The notes beneath the pieces are model-generated. The model saw only the letters and a list, made by a program, of their open reading frames with translations. It was not told where the DNA came from and did no database searches. From the human T2T-CHM13v2.0 reference genome, Homo sapiens, in the NCBI RefSeq assembly GCF_009914755.1, contig NC_060926.1: DNA of 64,000 bases; one strand, given 5' to 3'. Position 1 is the stretch's first letter. Each line of letters begins with the position of its first letter. The position numbers and the translations under genes are program-made. Below are positions 32,501 through 52,243 of this stretch, piece after piece.

Positions 32501-33215
32501 TTACGCCAGAAACGTACCTATCTGAAACATGGTTGATAACTTTTGATTAATTTTTGTCATTCTTCCCTAATACCTACTAATAAGTGAATTATATCTATAT
32601 TTCTTAATATCTGATTTACAAGTAATATTTTATATTGTTTGATGGTATGAAGAAGTAGGAAAAAGAAAAAGAAGAAATAATTCAAAAATATAATAAATGG
32701 TTCAGCTGTTAAAACATGTTCTAGTTACAGAAACTCCTGTGGACAAGAAAGACCAAAACAGTTTTCCACCTGAAACCGAAGAATTATGTTTTTGGGATGA
32801 GGAATTCCTCCATGCTTTAAGAAGAAATCTCTTACCTCCATATTTCCTAATCTTTCTCAGGATTTCAAGAGCATGATGTACTTTGTACTGCACATCTGAA
32901 AGTTCCCATTAACTCTGGGCAGACCCAGCAAGACAAGGTTATGCTGGTGCATGTTACCCCATGAACTCTGATCCTTCCAGTAAGTGTAGAACATAAGCAG
33001 AAAATGGGGAACTAAAAGAAAGGGGAAGAGGGAAAAGGAAGGAAGGTGGTGGAAAATGATCTAAATGACACTAAATGGTGCCAAAAGACAAGCAGGTCAG
33101 AAAAAATAACTAATACACAAATAATTAGAAAGTAACTTACAGTTGTAAATGCTGCTAGAAAATACTAGACATTAACTTCTTTTTAACACTTAAACTTCCA
33201 TTAAAATTAGCTTAC

Positions 33216-33289
33216 CAGAATCATAGCTTGGAGGCTTCATATCTCCCTGATTCAATTCTGTCCCGTATTTCAACTTGTGGTATTTGGCT
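33216..33289 (-). CDS. STRN: Striatin coding exon 3 (74 nt)
   Basis: TAG|AGCC...TCTG|GTAAGC; (R)AKYHKLKYGTELNQGDMKPPSYDS; phase 2 to 1, in frame with exons 2 and 4. Confidence 0.98.
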
Positions 33290-34377
33290 CTAACAAAGAA
33301 ATGAGAAAATACAGACCATCTTAAAATATGTTTAAATTAACATACACAATAGTAGTAGTCACAAGAATTCAGTAGTCCTGGCTGAACACTCCTAGAACTT
33401 TCAAAGGCTCATAGCTTTCCATGGTGTCAAAGTTATAATACAAAAGTGCTTGCCTTTTCGTTGTTGCTGTTGTTATACCATCAAGTATCCTTATAACAAA
33501 ATAAAGGAATAACTCTGGGAATCATTAACTCTTCTTTCTGTAATAACAAAATGAACGATATAACATCCTGGTTTCTGTAGTATTCAAATTTTCCTGATGA
33601 TTGCCAAAGCTAAATTTTACTATCAAAAACAGTTAAAAAAAAAAAAAAGGTTTGGATTGTGAAATAAATTTGTAGAAGACTTTTCTCAAAAAATTGAGCT
33701 TCTTAAAAAAAGAAAAGTCATCTACAATATTATATGACTTGTCAGATAATCATGATTTGCCAAATATGCATTATACTGCACAATCCAAGGGGGAAAACCC
33801 CAGCCCAAATCATCAATGTTGAATAAGATATTCCAGTAGAAAGGAATTTTTTTATACTAGTCAAGATATCCCTTGTCTTTTGCTCAAAAAGAACTGTGAA
33901 TGGGAATACTGTTTTATCTTCTTTTCAAAGTTGACAGAATGTTATCATTCTGGTTAATAGGATTTAACCATCTGATTTAACTATCTCGGATTTAACCATG
34001 AGACTAGAAAAATAACCCAGATAATGTAGAAATTTTTAAAAGGGTGACTAAAAATAGCCATATCTGCTTAATCTATTTGCATATTTTCACTTGTTGGCTC
34101 CCTAAAATATTGAGGCCATTTATAATAAATATTCAATGTGTTAAGACTGGGACTCTGTGAGAAACACCCAAGAATGATCAATAAAAAAATAAAAAATAAA
34201 AATAAATAAAAAAAAAAGACTGGGACATTAATATAAACAACAATTTGAAAAACCAAAATAATAAAGTAATAAAGGAAGCAAAGTGTAACACAGCCAAATT
34301 TGAAAGTTTTTTTTTTCTTTATAAAAACCTAATAGAGCACTTACCGTTAGGTTTTTTCATAATTTAAGAAAAGTAGT

Positions 34378-34705
34378 GGCTGGGCACGGGGGCTCATGCC
34401 TGTAATCCTAACACTTTGGGAGGCCAAGGTAGATGGATCACCAGAGGTCAGGAGTTTGAGATCAGCCTGGCTAACATGGTGAAACCCTGTCTCTATCAAA
34501 AAATACAAAAATTAGCTAGGCATGGTGGTGTACCTGTAATCCCAGTTACTCGGGAGGCTAAGGTGGGAGAATCACTTAAACCCGGCTGCAGAGGTTGCAG
34601 TGAGTGAGCCAAGATCATGCCACTGCACTCCAGCCTGAGTGACACAGTGAGACCCTGTCTCAAAAACAAAAAAAAGAAAAAAAAAAAAAAAGAAAAAAAG
34701 AAAAG
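34378..34705 (+). mobile_element. Alu
   Basis: Alu consensus; TSD AAGAAAAGTAG. Confidence 0.92.
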
Positions 34706-36269
34706 TAGAAAGGAAATGAAAAATTATTTGCTCAAATGTGTAAAATACTGAAATCTTTCTTATTTTGCAATAATAATCATTTTGCAGTCACAACAGAAAA
34801 AAAAGTTTTAGACAGAGAGGAATTCTAAGAAAACCTATGAAAATTATAGGCAGTTGATGTCCTATTTCTTAAGGTAGGTGATGGGTACATGAGTATTTTT
34901 TATAACAGTCTTTATATCTTACACGTATGTATGAAATATTTTATAGTAACATTTACACATTAAGAAGGAAAAAAATATATTCATATGCCAATGAACTGAT
35001 CTCTTAAGCAAAAAGTAAAAGGTACAAAATACTATGTATGTCTCCATACATTTTTTAAAAGATACATATCTATTTCATTAGCCTATGCATATGAATCTTT
35101 CTGGAAGGATACATAATACGTAAGATATCAGTTGATAAGATTTCCTTGGGAAAGGAAATCAATGAACTGAGGCAGAAGGGAGACTATTTTTGCTGTTATT
35201 TGATTAATTAACTATATAGATACTTAATTTTTAGTAAATATGTTTAGTCCAAATTATTTAGAACATCTATTTTCAATGTGTCTCTTAACCACAAAGATTT
35301 TATCACTGGACGAAATGTTTGCCCATCTAGTTCAATGTATTTGTAATACTATTGATCATCAGAAGGTAAGATTTACAGACATTCATCTGACTTGCAGTTA
35401 CTAGAAAGTAAACAAAGTTCTAAATGTAACTGTCAATCTCTTATTTTTCCAGAAACACACTTCATTTACCATAAGACAAAGTAGTAATACCTGCTAGAAG
35501 TCAAAATAGCAACTGAATGTAACTAGTCTGAAGACAGATTATATTAAAGCTTTTAAAATAATAGTAGCAATAAAATGTTATGGAGTTTATATTTTTTATA
35601 TATATATAAAAGAAAAACATTTTCAAACACAAAATACTGCATTATAGTGCATTCTAGTGGTCTCAGGAAAAACTACAACAGAACCTACAAAAAGGGAACA
35701 GAAAATATTTTACAAAAATAAATATAACAAAAACTGTGACACATTATGAACATTTTATTTTAAAAAACAGACAAAGGCAAAAATATGTAAAGAACTGTTG
35801 TTTTTATCACAAGCTATGGTCCCTTAAATCAAGGTCTCCCTACTGAATTGTTACATTCACTAAAATATATTTTTCTCACAGAACCCTCCTTATGCTTAAT
35901 AGCATTCCTTTTTAAGTCAATATGTGAAAATACCTTCTCATTCATACCGTTTTCCACTGTTTTAACACTCAGCTCACTGTGTTAACCAATCTTTCTTGTT
36001 TGCTATTCTTTTTCTGTCTAATTCTGCCTATAAGATAAAAAAGCAGATCTTATATCTAGCAACTCCATGTTTGATACACAGGTAGGCCCTCCATAAATGA
36101 CCTTTATTGGATAAAAGTAGCATAAAAATTGCTTAATAACTATAATACACTAAAGAAGAGTAATTTTAGCTTTGTTTCAAAGCCTATTATTATACATATT
36201 ATGCTAGGAGTATAACAGCATCTCAATTATATCTTAAATGTGGATGCTAAAAATAATTTGATTAATTTC

Positions 36270-36900
36270 AATGAACTATTACTGAATTCCTATGATTTAC
36301 AGGCACTGTGCTGGCTGCTGGGACAACCTACAGCTTGTAGTTAGGTAAGGGTGGAAGGTGAGGGTATGCGTAAGAGACAGGAATGTAAATAACTACAGCA
36401 TACTGTGTAAGAGCTATAAGGGCTACTAGCAAGTATTACAAGAATGCAGATAAGGGATTATCTAATCTAATTCGGTCAAAACTGGTGTCAAAGAAAGCTA
36501 CCAAAAAGAAGGTAACACGTGAGATTTTAGCTAAATCTCAAAATACCAGTGGGAGTTTTCCAATCAAAATGGATTGATGGAGAGGGCATTTCTGTCAGAA
36601 GGGACATCTTAAGTGGAAGAAAAAAAAAACACACACAGTGGGTCAAAAAACAGCAGACAGAATAATTACACCCAAAAGGTATGGAAGGAATGGAGACAGA
36701 GAAGGGACAGAAAGGGCCTGGCTGTGAAGAACTTTACTAAGAACGTGAAATTAGCTAGATATTTTTAAACACGGATATAACAGAATTATCATATTTGTGT
36801 TTTAGAAAATGAATTCTACGGATATGGAAGACGAATTAAAATATGGAAATACTAGAAGCAAGGAGGACAGTTAAGTTACTACAGTAGGGTAGATAAAAGT
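36270..36900 (-). mobile_element. Degraded LINE-2
   Basis: tactgaattcctatgatttacaggcactgtgctgg (reverse L2 3' end) followed by a purine-rich body. Confidence 0.6.
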
Positions 36901-37494
36901 AGCAGTGAATAGAGAGAAATTTTAAAAATGGCAGAAATTTTTCAGAATTGTATTTATATAGTATTTGAGGTTCCTCAACATAGATGTTCCTAAGTCAACC
37001 TCAGATTATACACTATGTAATCTTGAAAATTTATATTAAATTTTATCACACATTAAGGAATGCTTTGATAAATCCACTGCTAGGTAAGTAATTCTTCTGT
37101 AATATTAATAATTCGGTTTTACTTTTGGATCCTAAAGTGGGACTACTTAGAAAATCTGCAAAAATCATGCAAAGAAAATCATGTAAAATCATGATCTTTA
37201 CTTAGGCATTTACAGCTGAAATGAATTACAAGGTATCTGGAATTGCATTAAAATAGATCAAGGTGAAAAAGACTGACAAAAACATTAACTGTTAAAACTT
37301 GGGGCTGTATATAAAAGACATTAGTTTCTCTATGAGTATATTTCAAATTTTCCTCAATAATTTTTTTTAAAATTCAATTTAAAATTCAAGCCACAAATAA
37401 ATGCTTTTTAAAAATGTCTTAGATTATACAAATAGTGCCATAACATCAAGAATAATCCCAAATCATTCCATATACTTCAAAAGAAACAAAACCA

Positions 37495-39000
<1,506 letters not shown>

Positions 39001-39374
39001 CAAGTGCTTAACAACTAAATGCAGTATATATTTCCAGATTGGATCCTGGACCAGGAAAAAAAAATGCTATAAAGATCACTTTTAGAACATCTGAATATAG
39101 ACTATATCAGATAATAGAATATCAATGTTACATTTCTTTAATTTGGTAATATACTATAATCATATAAGGAAATGTCCTTGCTCTTAGGAAATATACACAG
39201 AGGTAGTTAGGGACAAACTAGCAAATGATTTAGGGGAAAAAAATGGTACCTATAGAGAGAGCAAACACAATAAAGCAAATATAGCAAATCATTTTCAATT
39301 GGTGAATCTGGGTAAAGGGTATACAAGATTCTTGCAACTCCTCTATTAGAGGTCATTTTAGATAAAATTTTTTT

Positions 39375-39680
39375 GGCTGGGCATGGTGACTCACGCCTAT
39401 AATCACGGCACTTTAAGAGGCTACAGCAGGAGGACTGCTTGAGCCCAGGAGGTCCAGACCAGCCCTGGGAACAGGGCGAGACCCTGTCTCTCTAAAAAAT
39501 TAAAAATTTATCTGTGTGGACTGGAGTATATCTGTATTCCCAGCCACTTGGGAGGCTGAAGTGGGAGGATCACTTGTGCCCAGAAGGCTGACACCGCAGT
39601 GAATCATGACTGTGCCACTGCACTACAGCCTAGGCAACAGAGCAAGACCCTGTCTCAAAAAAAAAAAAAAAAAAAAAAAT
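39375..39680 (+). mobile_element. Alu (J-like)
   Basis: Diverged Alu with J diagnostics and an A tail. Confidence 0.9.
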
Positions 39681-40004
39681 TAAACCTCCCACATTCCCTG
39701 TTACATGTAAGATAAAAGTTTGAACTCCTTGGTTAGGCTCTCTATGATCTGACTCTTGCCCCCTCTACCATTATCCGTCATCAACTGAGAGGAGGACCAC
39801 AACCAACATCCTACTCTCCACACACAAAGATTACAAATTTCTGAACACACCAAACTGCTTTGTTCCATGTCAAACATGTTCTCTCTACTTCCTGCACCTT
39901 GTCTGTCTGACAAACACCTTCTTATTTGATGCTATTCAAGCCTCACCTCCTCTTACTCTGCACTCCTTTCTACTTTCATCTTCCAGATGAAAATAACCAC
40001 TCCG

Positions 40005-40620
<616 letters not shown>

Positions 40621-41212
40621 TTATGTACTTTTAAAAATGTTTTTTCTTTCCATGTCCCTAATACAGCTTTTCATCAACTTTCCCAAAGTATGAAAAGAAA
40701 CACGTATTTTTCACTAAGAGGTCAACCTATTTTCAATCTCTTACACCATTTAAAGATTCTACATGATGATGAACACAAGTTCTAATAAAATTTTATCTAT
40801 TTCTCATTATTCATAAATATCATCTATTTATCTAATTGCATCTAAATGCTATTTTATTGCAAATATCCCATTCACCAACTTCAAAAAGAGAAAAACAAAA
40901 CAAGCATCATTAAAAACAAAGCAAAAAAGTAGCAAAATAGATAATTCCAATATCACCTATAAGTACTCAGTTATCTAAAAAAAAATGAACTCAGATTGTC
41001 GACAAAAAAATCCAAGGCCCATTCATTAAAGCAAATAAATAACTCATATAACTTCCAAAAATCTCACTCATGACCTATTTTCCTTTACTTGTGACCCAAA
41101 TTTAGTTACTGGAGTATCTTAGACACTAGCAAAATAGAAAGGTAAGATAAGCTTCTGGAGAGATTGTAACGGCAGACAGCAGAGGAACAAAATACACAAA
41201 AAAAAGTCTATA

Positions 41213-41568
<356 letters not shown>

Positions 41569-41911
41569 TCAAATTGAATAATATTAAATGACAGGAAAAG
41601 GAAACACTATAGAAATTTCCTTTAAAAATTAAAAACTATTTCAACTTTAAAATGAATGGGTATTAACAGTTCGGGGAGCATATTTGCTTCTTCAAAACAG
41701 GCAGAGTAGGAAAAAAATGTTGCTAATTTTTAAGAAATCACATAAATCAGTTTTTTGATCATTATTAAACTATTCATAATAAAATTAACATATTACAACC
41801 ATTCATACAAATGTTTACTACAGATACACCTGAACTCAAGGAGTATGAACATTTAAATTTATTTTAGGAATGATGAAAAAAATTATTCCAACATTTAAGA
41901 GACCACCATTT

Positions 41912-42238
<327 letters not shown>

Positions 42239-42242
42239 TTAC

Positions 42243-42346
42243 CTTTCCTGTTTAAGAGCATACTCCAACATTTTGATCCTCCTCACAAGATCCTTCTTCA
42301 AATTTTCTTGGCCCTTCCTTTCTCCCTGCAGGAAGGCAATCTGGGC
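42243..42346 (-). CDS. STRN: Striatin coding exon 2 (104 nt; coiled coil)
   Basis: Minus strand CAG|GCC...GAAAG|GTAATT translates AQIAFLQGERKGQENLKKDLVRRIKMLEYALKQER, matching the striatin coiled coil; phase 0 to 2. Confidence 0.98.
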
Positions 42347-42628
42347 CTGAGTAGGGGAAAGACAGAAAAAATTCAGTTTAGACCAAAAAAAAAAGTTTTT
42401 TTAACTCAGTAAAGAACCATTGGAAGTTTGAACAATTAGATGCAAAAATATTTCCTTTACACATTTCTCACAAAGTATGTACAAATATAAAAATGCACTG
42501 ACTGCAAGGGGGAAAAAGGATTTAAGTTAAAAAGGGCTGGGGGGACATCTAAATGCATTTTACTTCAGGGTAGGGATTTTACAACACATAGTCCACATCA
42601 TTTAAGAGTCTACAATATAAAACAACTA

Positions 42629-43009
<381 letters not shown>

Positions 43010-44362
43010 TTATAAAGCAGGAAGGGTTAAAGTAAAATCAGTTCTTATAATCCCCTTGCACAAGCTTCATCATATATTTAAATTTTATGACAGATTCCTT
43101 AAGTGACTTTATTTTGGACCTCCCCTACAAACAATAAATTGCTCCCTTTTCTCAATCCCCACCATTTTTCTCACCCACCTTGACATGTAATCCATAGAAA
43201 AAAGAAAGTGAAAGTTGGGAAAAGGAAAATTAGAGACAATGGCCTTCTGCCCATTCCTGCCCCCCACCCCAAGGAATTACTAAAACCCTACATTTGAACA
43301 TGAAACGAACTGTAAACAACTTTTAAAGTCAGTAAAACAGAGGGGTAGGAAAGAGTAGCTCTCCAGAATATTAAAAGAACATTGACAATTGAAATACTAT
43401 CTTTCACATAAGAAATTGAAACTATGTCACAAACACTAACTTGTTAAAGTGACTCATAATACCTCTTAAAAGTCATAAGGGCCTCAAAACTAGCTATAAA
43501 TTTCACTATTCTCACATGTACCACCACGTCCGTCTATTATACTGACCCACTAAGACAGGTAACAATGTTATTTATGTATCTACAGTGCTTTCCATTAAGT
43601 GAGCAAGAACTTTACATTTAAGGATGACCTTGCCACATCCCTAAGGAATTGTGAGGATTGTGCAACTAAGGTTTAGCAAGTGAGCCATTAAACTTAATTC
43701 TCATTCAAGCTTAGTTTGAATGAGCTTTGTTCCTATTCAGTACCACAAGAAACATAAAATCCAACTTATCTAGTCTCTTATAACTTTCAAAATGTAGGTA
43801 GTTTGTTAGGCTTTTGTTTTCATTTCAATGTGCTCTTAAATTTTACATTACAATTAAAGGAAGGATTACATTTACCTTACTGAAATAAAAGTGGTCTGAA
43901 AACAATTCAATTGTTTTCAGAGGAAAAGGCATCAAATAACCACAAGACTCTTTTGAAATTATATATTCTGCAGTGGGATAATTATGTTACCTAACCAGAA
44001 TAGTAATGACACATGCATTTAAAGCTGATAAAAATGAAAGTCGTGTCAAAAGGAAATGACAGCCCAACTTGTCATTTCCAAATGTTTGTCTATGCCAAAC
44101 GTGCTTTGGCATAGAACTTTATATGCTCTTTAAAATGACTTTAATAAAAATAATAAGCTAATCAATGCAATCAAACTTTGAAGGTAATAACAATATCAAT
44201 TATCTATTTTGTCCCCTCGATACTCCTTGGCTAGTTTTGCATTTCTGCTAACATCATTGGTCCTGGATGATTCTGAAACTTCAGCCTACAATACCATAAA
44301 GTCTTTACTGTATATGTTCAACTTCAAGCATAAGAGAAATTACAATTAAAAGTATAATCAGA

Positions 44363-44810
44363 GGCTGGGCACAGTGGCTCAGCCCTGTAATTAACAGCAC
44401 TTTGGGAGGCCGAGGCGGGTGGATAACTTGAGCTCAGGAGTTTGAGCCTAGCCTGTGCAACATAGCGAGACCACGTCCCCACAAAAAATTTAAAAAATCA
44501 GCCAGGCATGGTGGCATGCGTCTGTGGTCCCAGCTACTTGGGAGGCTGAGGCAGGAGAATCACCTCAGCCCAGGAGGCCAAGGCTGCAGTGAGCAGTGAT
44601 CACACCACCACACTCTAACATGGGTGACAGAGTGAGACCCTATATCAAAAAAACAAAAAAAAGGGGGGGGGGGGTGGTAATCAGGGCCAGGCATGGTAGC
44701 TAATACCTGTAATCCCAGAACTTTGGGAGACTGAGGTGAGAGGATAGCTTGAGGCTGGAGTTTGAGACCATCCTGGCCAACATACCAAGACATCTCATAA
44801 AAAAATTAAA
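44363..44810 (+). mobile_element. AluJ-like element plus Alu monomer (FLAM-like)
   Basis: Dimer 44363-44661, a G run, then monomer 44685-44810. Confidence 0.88.
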
Positions 44811-45338
44811 AATATAAAAAATAAAGTACAATCAGATTTCTTCTTTTCCATCAGATGGATAAAGTTCAGTAATTTAATAATATGGTAAAAAACAGACATT
44901 TAAATGTTAGCTGTGGTGATATAAACCAGTTTCACTTTATAGAGGACAACTGGTAATATCTGTCAAGTTTGTAAATGCATATACCCTTTAACTCAGCAAT
45001 TTTAGAATGGTATCCTTCAAATATATATTTGCACATATGTGAAATTATGTAATACATGACTGATAAAACACAGACAAGAATATGTATACAACCCAAATGA
45101 CCACCTAAAGGAGACTGGTTAAATAAATGAATATAATTGAAAGAAAATTAGGACCTGAACTAAGACCTTTGAGAAAAGAGTAAAAGACTATGAGAATAAT
45201 GTCAATCTTTTACCTTTTTTTTCTCTAGGAAACTTAGATATTAGAAACAGTCTTAAAACACATTCCTACATAAAAAAAAACGAATTCCTTCTGTAAAACG
45301 ACCTCAGTCGAAAGCATAATAATTGGTATAAATTCTTA

Positions 45339-46103
<765 letters not shown>

Positions 46104-46525
46104 GTGACATGAATAAAATGTTTAAAAAATTACAAATCATCATACTGCCATTTATCAGTACAACTAAACCTAATAACAGCATATACTTCTGGAGAAGAAA
46201 ACTTTGGAATTATCTTCAAGGAAAATGAATGTTGAACTTCCATGATACTTTATACGTATTTTTCACAGTATAGAAAATTATTCACTTCCTAACCATTATA
46301 AACAAAAAAGATAAAAATAATAGAAGGAAGACATTTTACTATTTAAGTCTGCATGACAAAAAGAAAATTTATTTTTGTATTATTTTCAATTCTAATTTGT
46401 CAAAAGGATATATGTAAATAGGAATATAGATCTTCTATAAACAGGTTTATCTGCATACATAATATCTAATAAACAATTAAAATATTTAAAATGCACCATT
46501 TAATTTATTAAAGCCCCCCCACCCC

Positions 46526-46820
46526 TTTTTTTTTCTTTTGAGACGGAGTCTCGCTCTGTCGCCCAGGCTGGAGTGCAGTGGTGCGATTTCGGCTCACTGC
46601 AACTTCAGCCTCCCAGGGTCGAAGTAATTCTCCTACCTCACCCTCCTGAGTAGCTGGGATTACAGGTGCACACCACCACGCCAAGCTAATTTTTGTATTT
46701 TTAGTAGAGACAGGGTTTTACCATGTTGGTCAGGCTGTTCTCAAACTCCTGACCTCGTGATCCACCCACCTCAGCCTCCCTAAGCGCTGGGATTACAGGT
46801 GTGAGCCACCACGCCCAGCC
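46526..46820 (-). mobile_element. Alu (Sg-like)
   Basis: Reverse Alu; TSD TTATT(A/G)AAGCC. Confidence 0.93.
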
Positions 46821-47287
46821 TTATTGAAGCCATTTTAAACTACCTTGTATTCTAAAATTTAAAAGGGCTAGGATTCAAAATTGAAATCACTGAGAAGTAA
46901 ATTCAAAATGAAAAATACACAAAATTCTTGGGTTGGACACTTTTCAGTAGCTTTTCAGTTACTTGCTATGGAATATAAAGAGCATTCACTTTTACAAAAA
47001 TCTAAAATAAAATATTATAAAGCTTGATTAATTTAAGGTTCTCATCTTTTGATTTGAACACAAACTTCAAAGTAAAAGAGGAAATATATAAGTAAAAGTC
47101 AATTATATGGTTACAGTGTACAATGAAGTTTCAATAATCGCTTTATGTCTTAATGCCTTCTATAAACTATATCTATTCCCTCTGAAAAGCTTTGGATTAT
47201 ATTATCCTCTTAAATCTAGGCTGCTAGTTTTCTCTGGCACATAATCACTGCCTGTAGCCCTCTCTCTTAAAGACAGTGTCATTATCA

Positions 47288-47587
<300 letters not shown>

Positions 47588-47604
47588 TCATTATCATTTG
47601 GTGA

Positions 47605-47778
47605 CATCAAACTTTACCATCAGAATCACCCAGATGACTTGTTAAAACACAATTTTTTAGGTTCTACCCTCAGAGTTGCTCATTCAGTAGGTCTGGAGTG
47701 GGGCCCAAGAATTTGCATTTCTAGTAAGTACCCAGGTGATAATGCTGCTGATCTGGGACCAACCTTGGAGAACCACTG
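47605..47778. mobile_element. MER5A hAT-Charlie relic
   Basis: catcagaatcacc...cagtaggtctggagtggggcccaagaatttgcatttcta...gagaaccactg. Confidence 0.88.
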
Positions 47779-47888
47779 ACTTAAACCGTTTGTAACACAG
47801 TTAGGAGGCCAAAAACAAAAAACAAAGCAAAACAAAACAAAAAGCAGGAAACAGTCTGTTAAGGAGCAAGGAAAAGAACAGTCCCAGA

Positions 47889-48257
<369 letters not shown>

Positions 48258-48974
48258 CTATCGCGTCCAGCCCCAGAACCCTACCCTTTTTACTCCACAG
48301 AAGTTTGGAGTCTTATACAGGCCTTCAAGCTGACAGACGAGTACATACTAGCTTTTTGATTCTCTTCCAAATTCCTTAGTTATGACTATACTTTTGGCAG
48401 TCTCCTGATAAAATAAAATCTACCAATATATTTCAGTTCAATCACATGTTTGGGAAATACCTACTTCCCATCAAGTCTAAACTGCTGTAAAGGAGAATAT
48501 AGGAAAAACAAATAAAACCAAGTTTCTACCCACAATGTACTTCCAATCTCGTTAGGGTACAAGACCAGCTTGTACACAAGCTGTGTTATGTTCACAAAAA
48601 CAGCTAAGAAAAGATAGTGCAGTACTAATAAACGAGGATTCAAGTGATAAAATCAAATATTTGTATTTGTTCATTTAACAATATTAACTAAACACCTACT
48701 TTGTGCCTGGCAGTTATTGGTACTGGGACTAAAGTAGTGACAAAACAAAACAGAGCTAACAATCCAGTGAATGAAACATATGTTGCCTAAGACATATGTG
48801 TACCAGTAGCATATGTTATATTTACTTAGAACCAGAAACACAGTTGCAGGCAAAAGCAGTGAATATAAAAATAAACACAAAAAGCAACTGGATGCCTATT
48901 TAACTCTGGAGTCAAGTAGAGAACTGATGTTCAACTTTAAAACTGCTTGCTTGCTTGCTTATTCATTTATTTGT

Positions 48975-49605
<631 letters not shown>

Positions 49606-50192
49606 TAACAAACTAGTCAGTCTCCTGAAATTTTCCTAATAAATAAAATTACTGTACCATTTTATTTATTTACCTATTGTCACATTTCAAAAAAAGATAA
49701 GATGTGAACTTATGGATTATATTGAAAATAAAGATAAATTTCATTTTATGTTTTTTAGAGATGAGGGTCTCTCTTTGCTGCCAGGTTAGGAGTACAGTGG
49801 CATGATCATAGTTCACTACAGCCTTGAACTCCCGGGCTCAAGTGATCCTTCTAGATAACATTTTACCTCTGAAATGCTATAGGAGATACTGGTATATTCT
49901 TTCAAAAGCAATCTCTCCATCCCTAAATGTAAGATTACAAACATAGATTTTCGTATACAGAAAACCCTCAACTGCCCAAATTCTCACTTAAAGCACTAAA
50001 TTAATTACACCCACATTATCACCTTATGGCAGCTTATAAATAAATGTACATCAGTAGGTTTCTTGAGATCCCAAAGGCTCCCTCAGAACTCGAATCAGTC
50101 AGTTAAATTCCCTCAGCACATCTTCCTATCTTTCACCTCTTTATAAATGTTCCTTATGTTTGCTCAAAGGGCTAGAAATTCCATTTTTTTTT

Positions 50193-50198
<6 letters not shown>

Positions 50199-50226
<28 letters not shown>
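50199..50226. repeat. (CA)n microsatellite
   Basis: Pure CA run. Confidence 0.95.
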
Positions 50227-50233
<7 letters not shown>

Positions 50234-50234
50234 G

Positions 50235-50537
50235 CAGTTAGCCCTTCATATCCATGAGTTCTACACCTGCAGATTCAGTCAACCATCTATCAAAAACATT
50301 CAATAAACAATAAATACAAAATTTTAAAAATACAGTATAACAACTTTTCACAGCATTTACATTAAGTATTATAAATAATCTAGAGATGATTTAAAGTATA
50401 TGGGAGGGTGTGCATAGTTTATATGCAAATACTACACCACCTTATATAAGAAAATTGGAACTTGAGCATCCACAGTTTTTTGTATTGGATGGGGGAGTTC
50501 CCGGAACCAATACCCTACAGACATCAAAGGATAACTG
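50235..50537 (-). mobile_element. MER2-like Tigger relic
   Basis: Terminal inverted ends CAGTTAGCCCTT / AAAGGATAACTG-TA; internal gagatgatttaaagtatatgggagg and cttgagcatcc. Confidence 0.85.
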
Positions 50538-50751
50538 TATATGTACATATACACATATGTAGAAGAAAAGAGAGAATAAGATATCAATCAAGGGAGGAAT
50601 TCTGCAGATTTACGGTATGAGACAGTATGATATTCATAGATTTAACATTCATGGTTACCACTGTTTTGAGAGCTACCCAGAAGATACTTTGTTAAGGCAA
50701 TGGAGAAGCTAGAGGCCCAATGTAGGGGCTAAATGCATGAGTCTAGCCTAA

Positions 50752-51383
<632 letters not shown>

Positions 51384-51934
51384 TCAAAAATCAGTGAACT
51401 AATTCAGCAAATGCTCCAACCTGAGCAAAAAGGATTCAAGTGAAATAAAACCTTCATTAAAGTTGAAAAGGATATTAACTTGTAGAATATGCGTACATGT
51501 AAGAAACATAACATTACTCTCAATGGAAATATAATTCAGATAAGGAATTCCACAAAAAGATGTCTTAATCTTAAAATCTGAGGATTTACAGAGCTCTCAG
51601 AAAGCATTACTTGCAAATGATAAGTCTTCTATAACGTATGATTTTGTTTATGGTTAGCTCCAAAAGAGTTAACATGTTTTAAACCAACATGATTATCTGT
51701 TGATAGGTATATAATCTCTAAAGAAGTATTCTTCAATAGGCAACACTTCTCATATTTAAAACATTCAGTCTTTATGTATAAATTATGAATCCATAAATCT
51801 TAAGGAACTACATAAAGCCCAAACTCTTCCCAACGGAAGAAGGCTATCGACAATCTGTTCCCATCCCCTCTATCTAGTTTTGTCTTCCACATTCCTACTC
51901 ACACATCCTATGTTCCAATCAAAGTAGTCAATTA

Positions 51935-52243
<309 letters not shown>

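Noticed and set aside
33961-33999. Triple GATTTAAC(C/T)AT repeat
   Set aside because: Short local slippage duplication with no sign of function.
43871-43891. Possible recursive splice site TTTTATTTCAGTAAG|GTAAAT
   Set aside because: The CAG is 4 nt from the donor rather than a clean YAG|GT, so it does not fit the recursive-site consensus.
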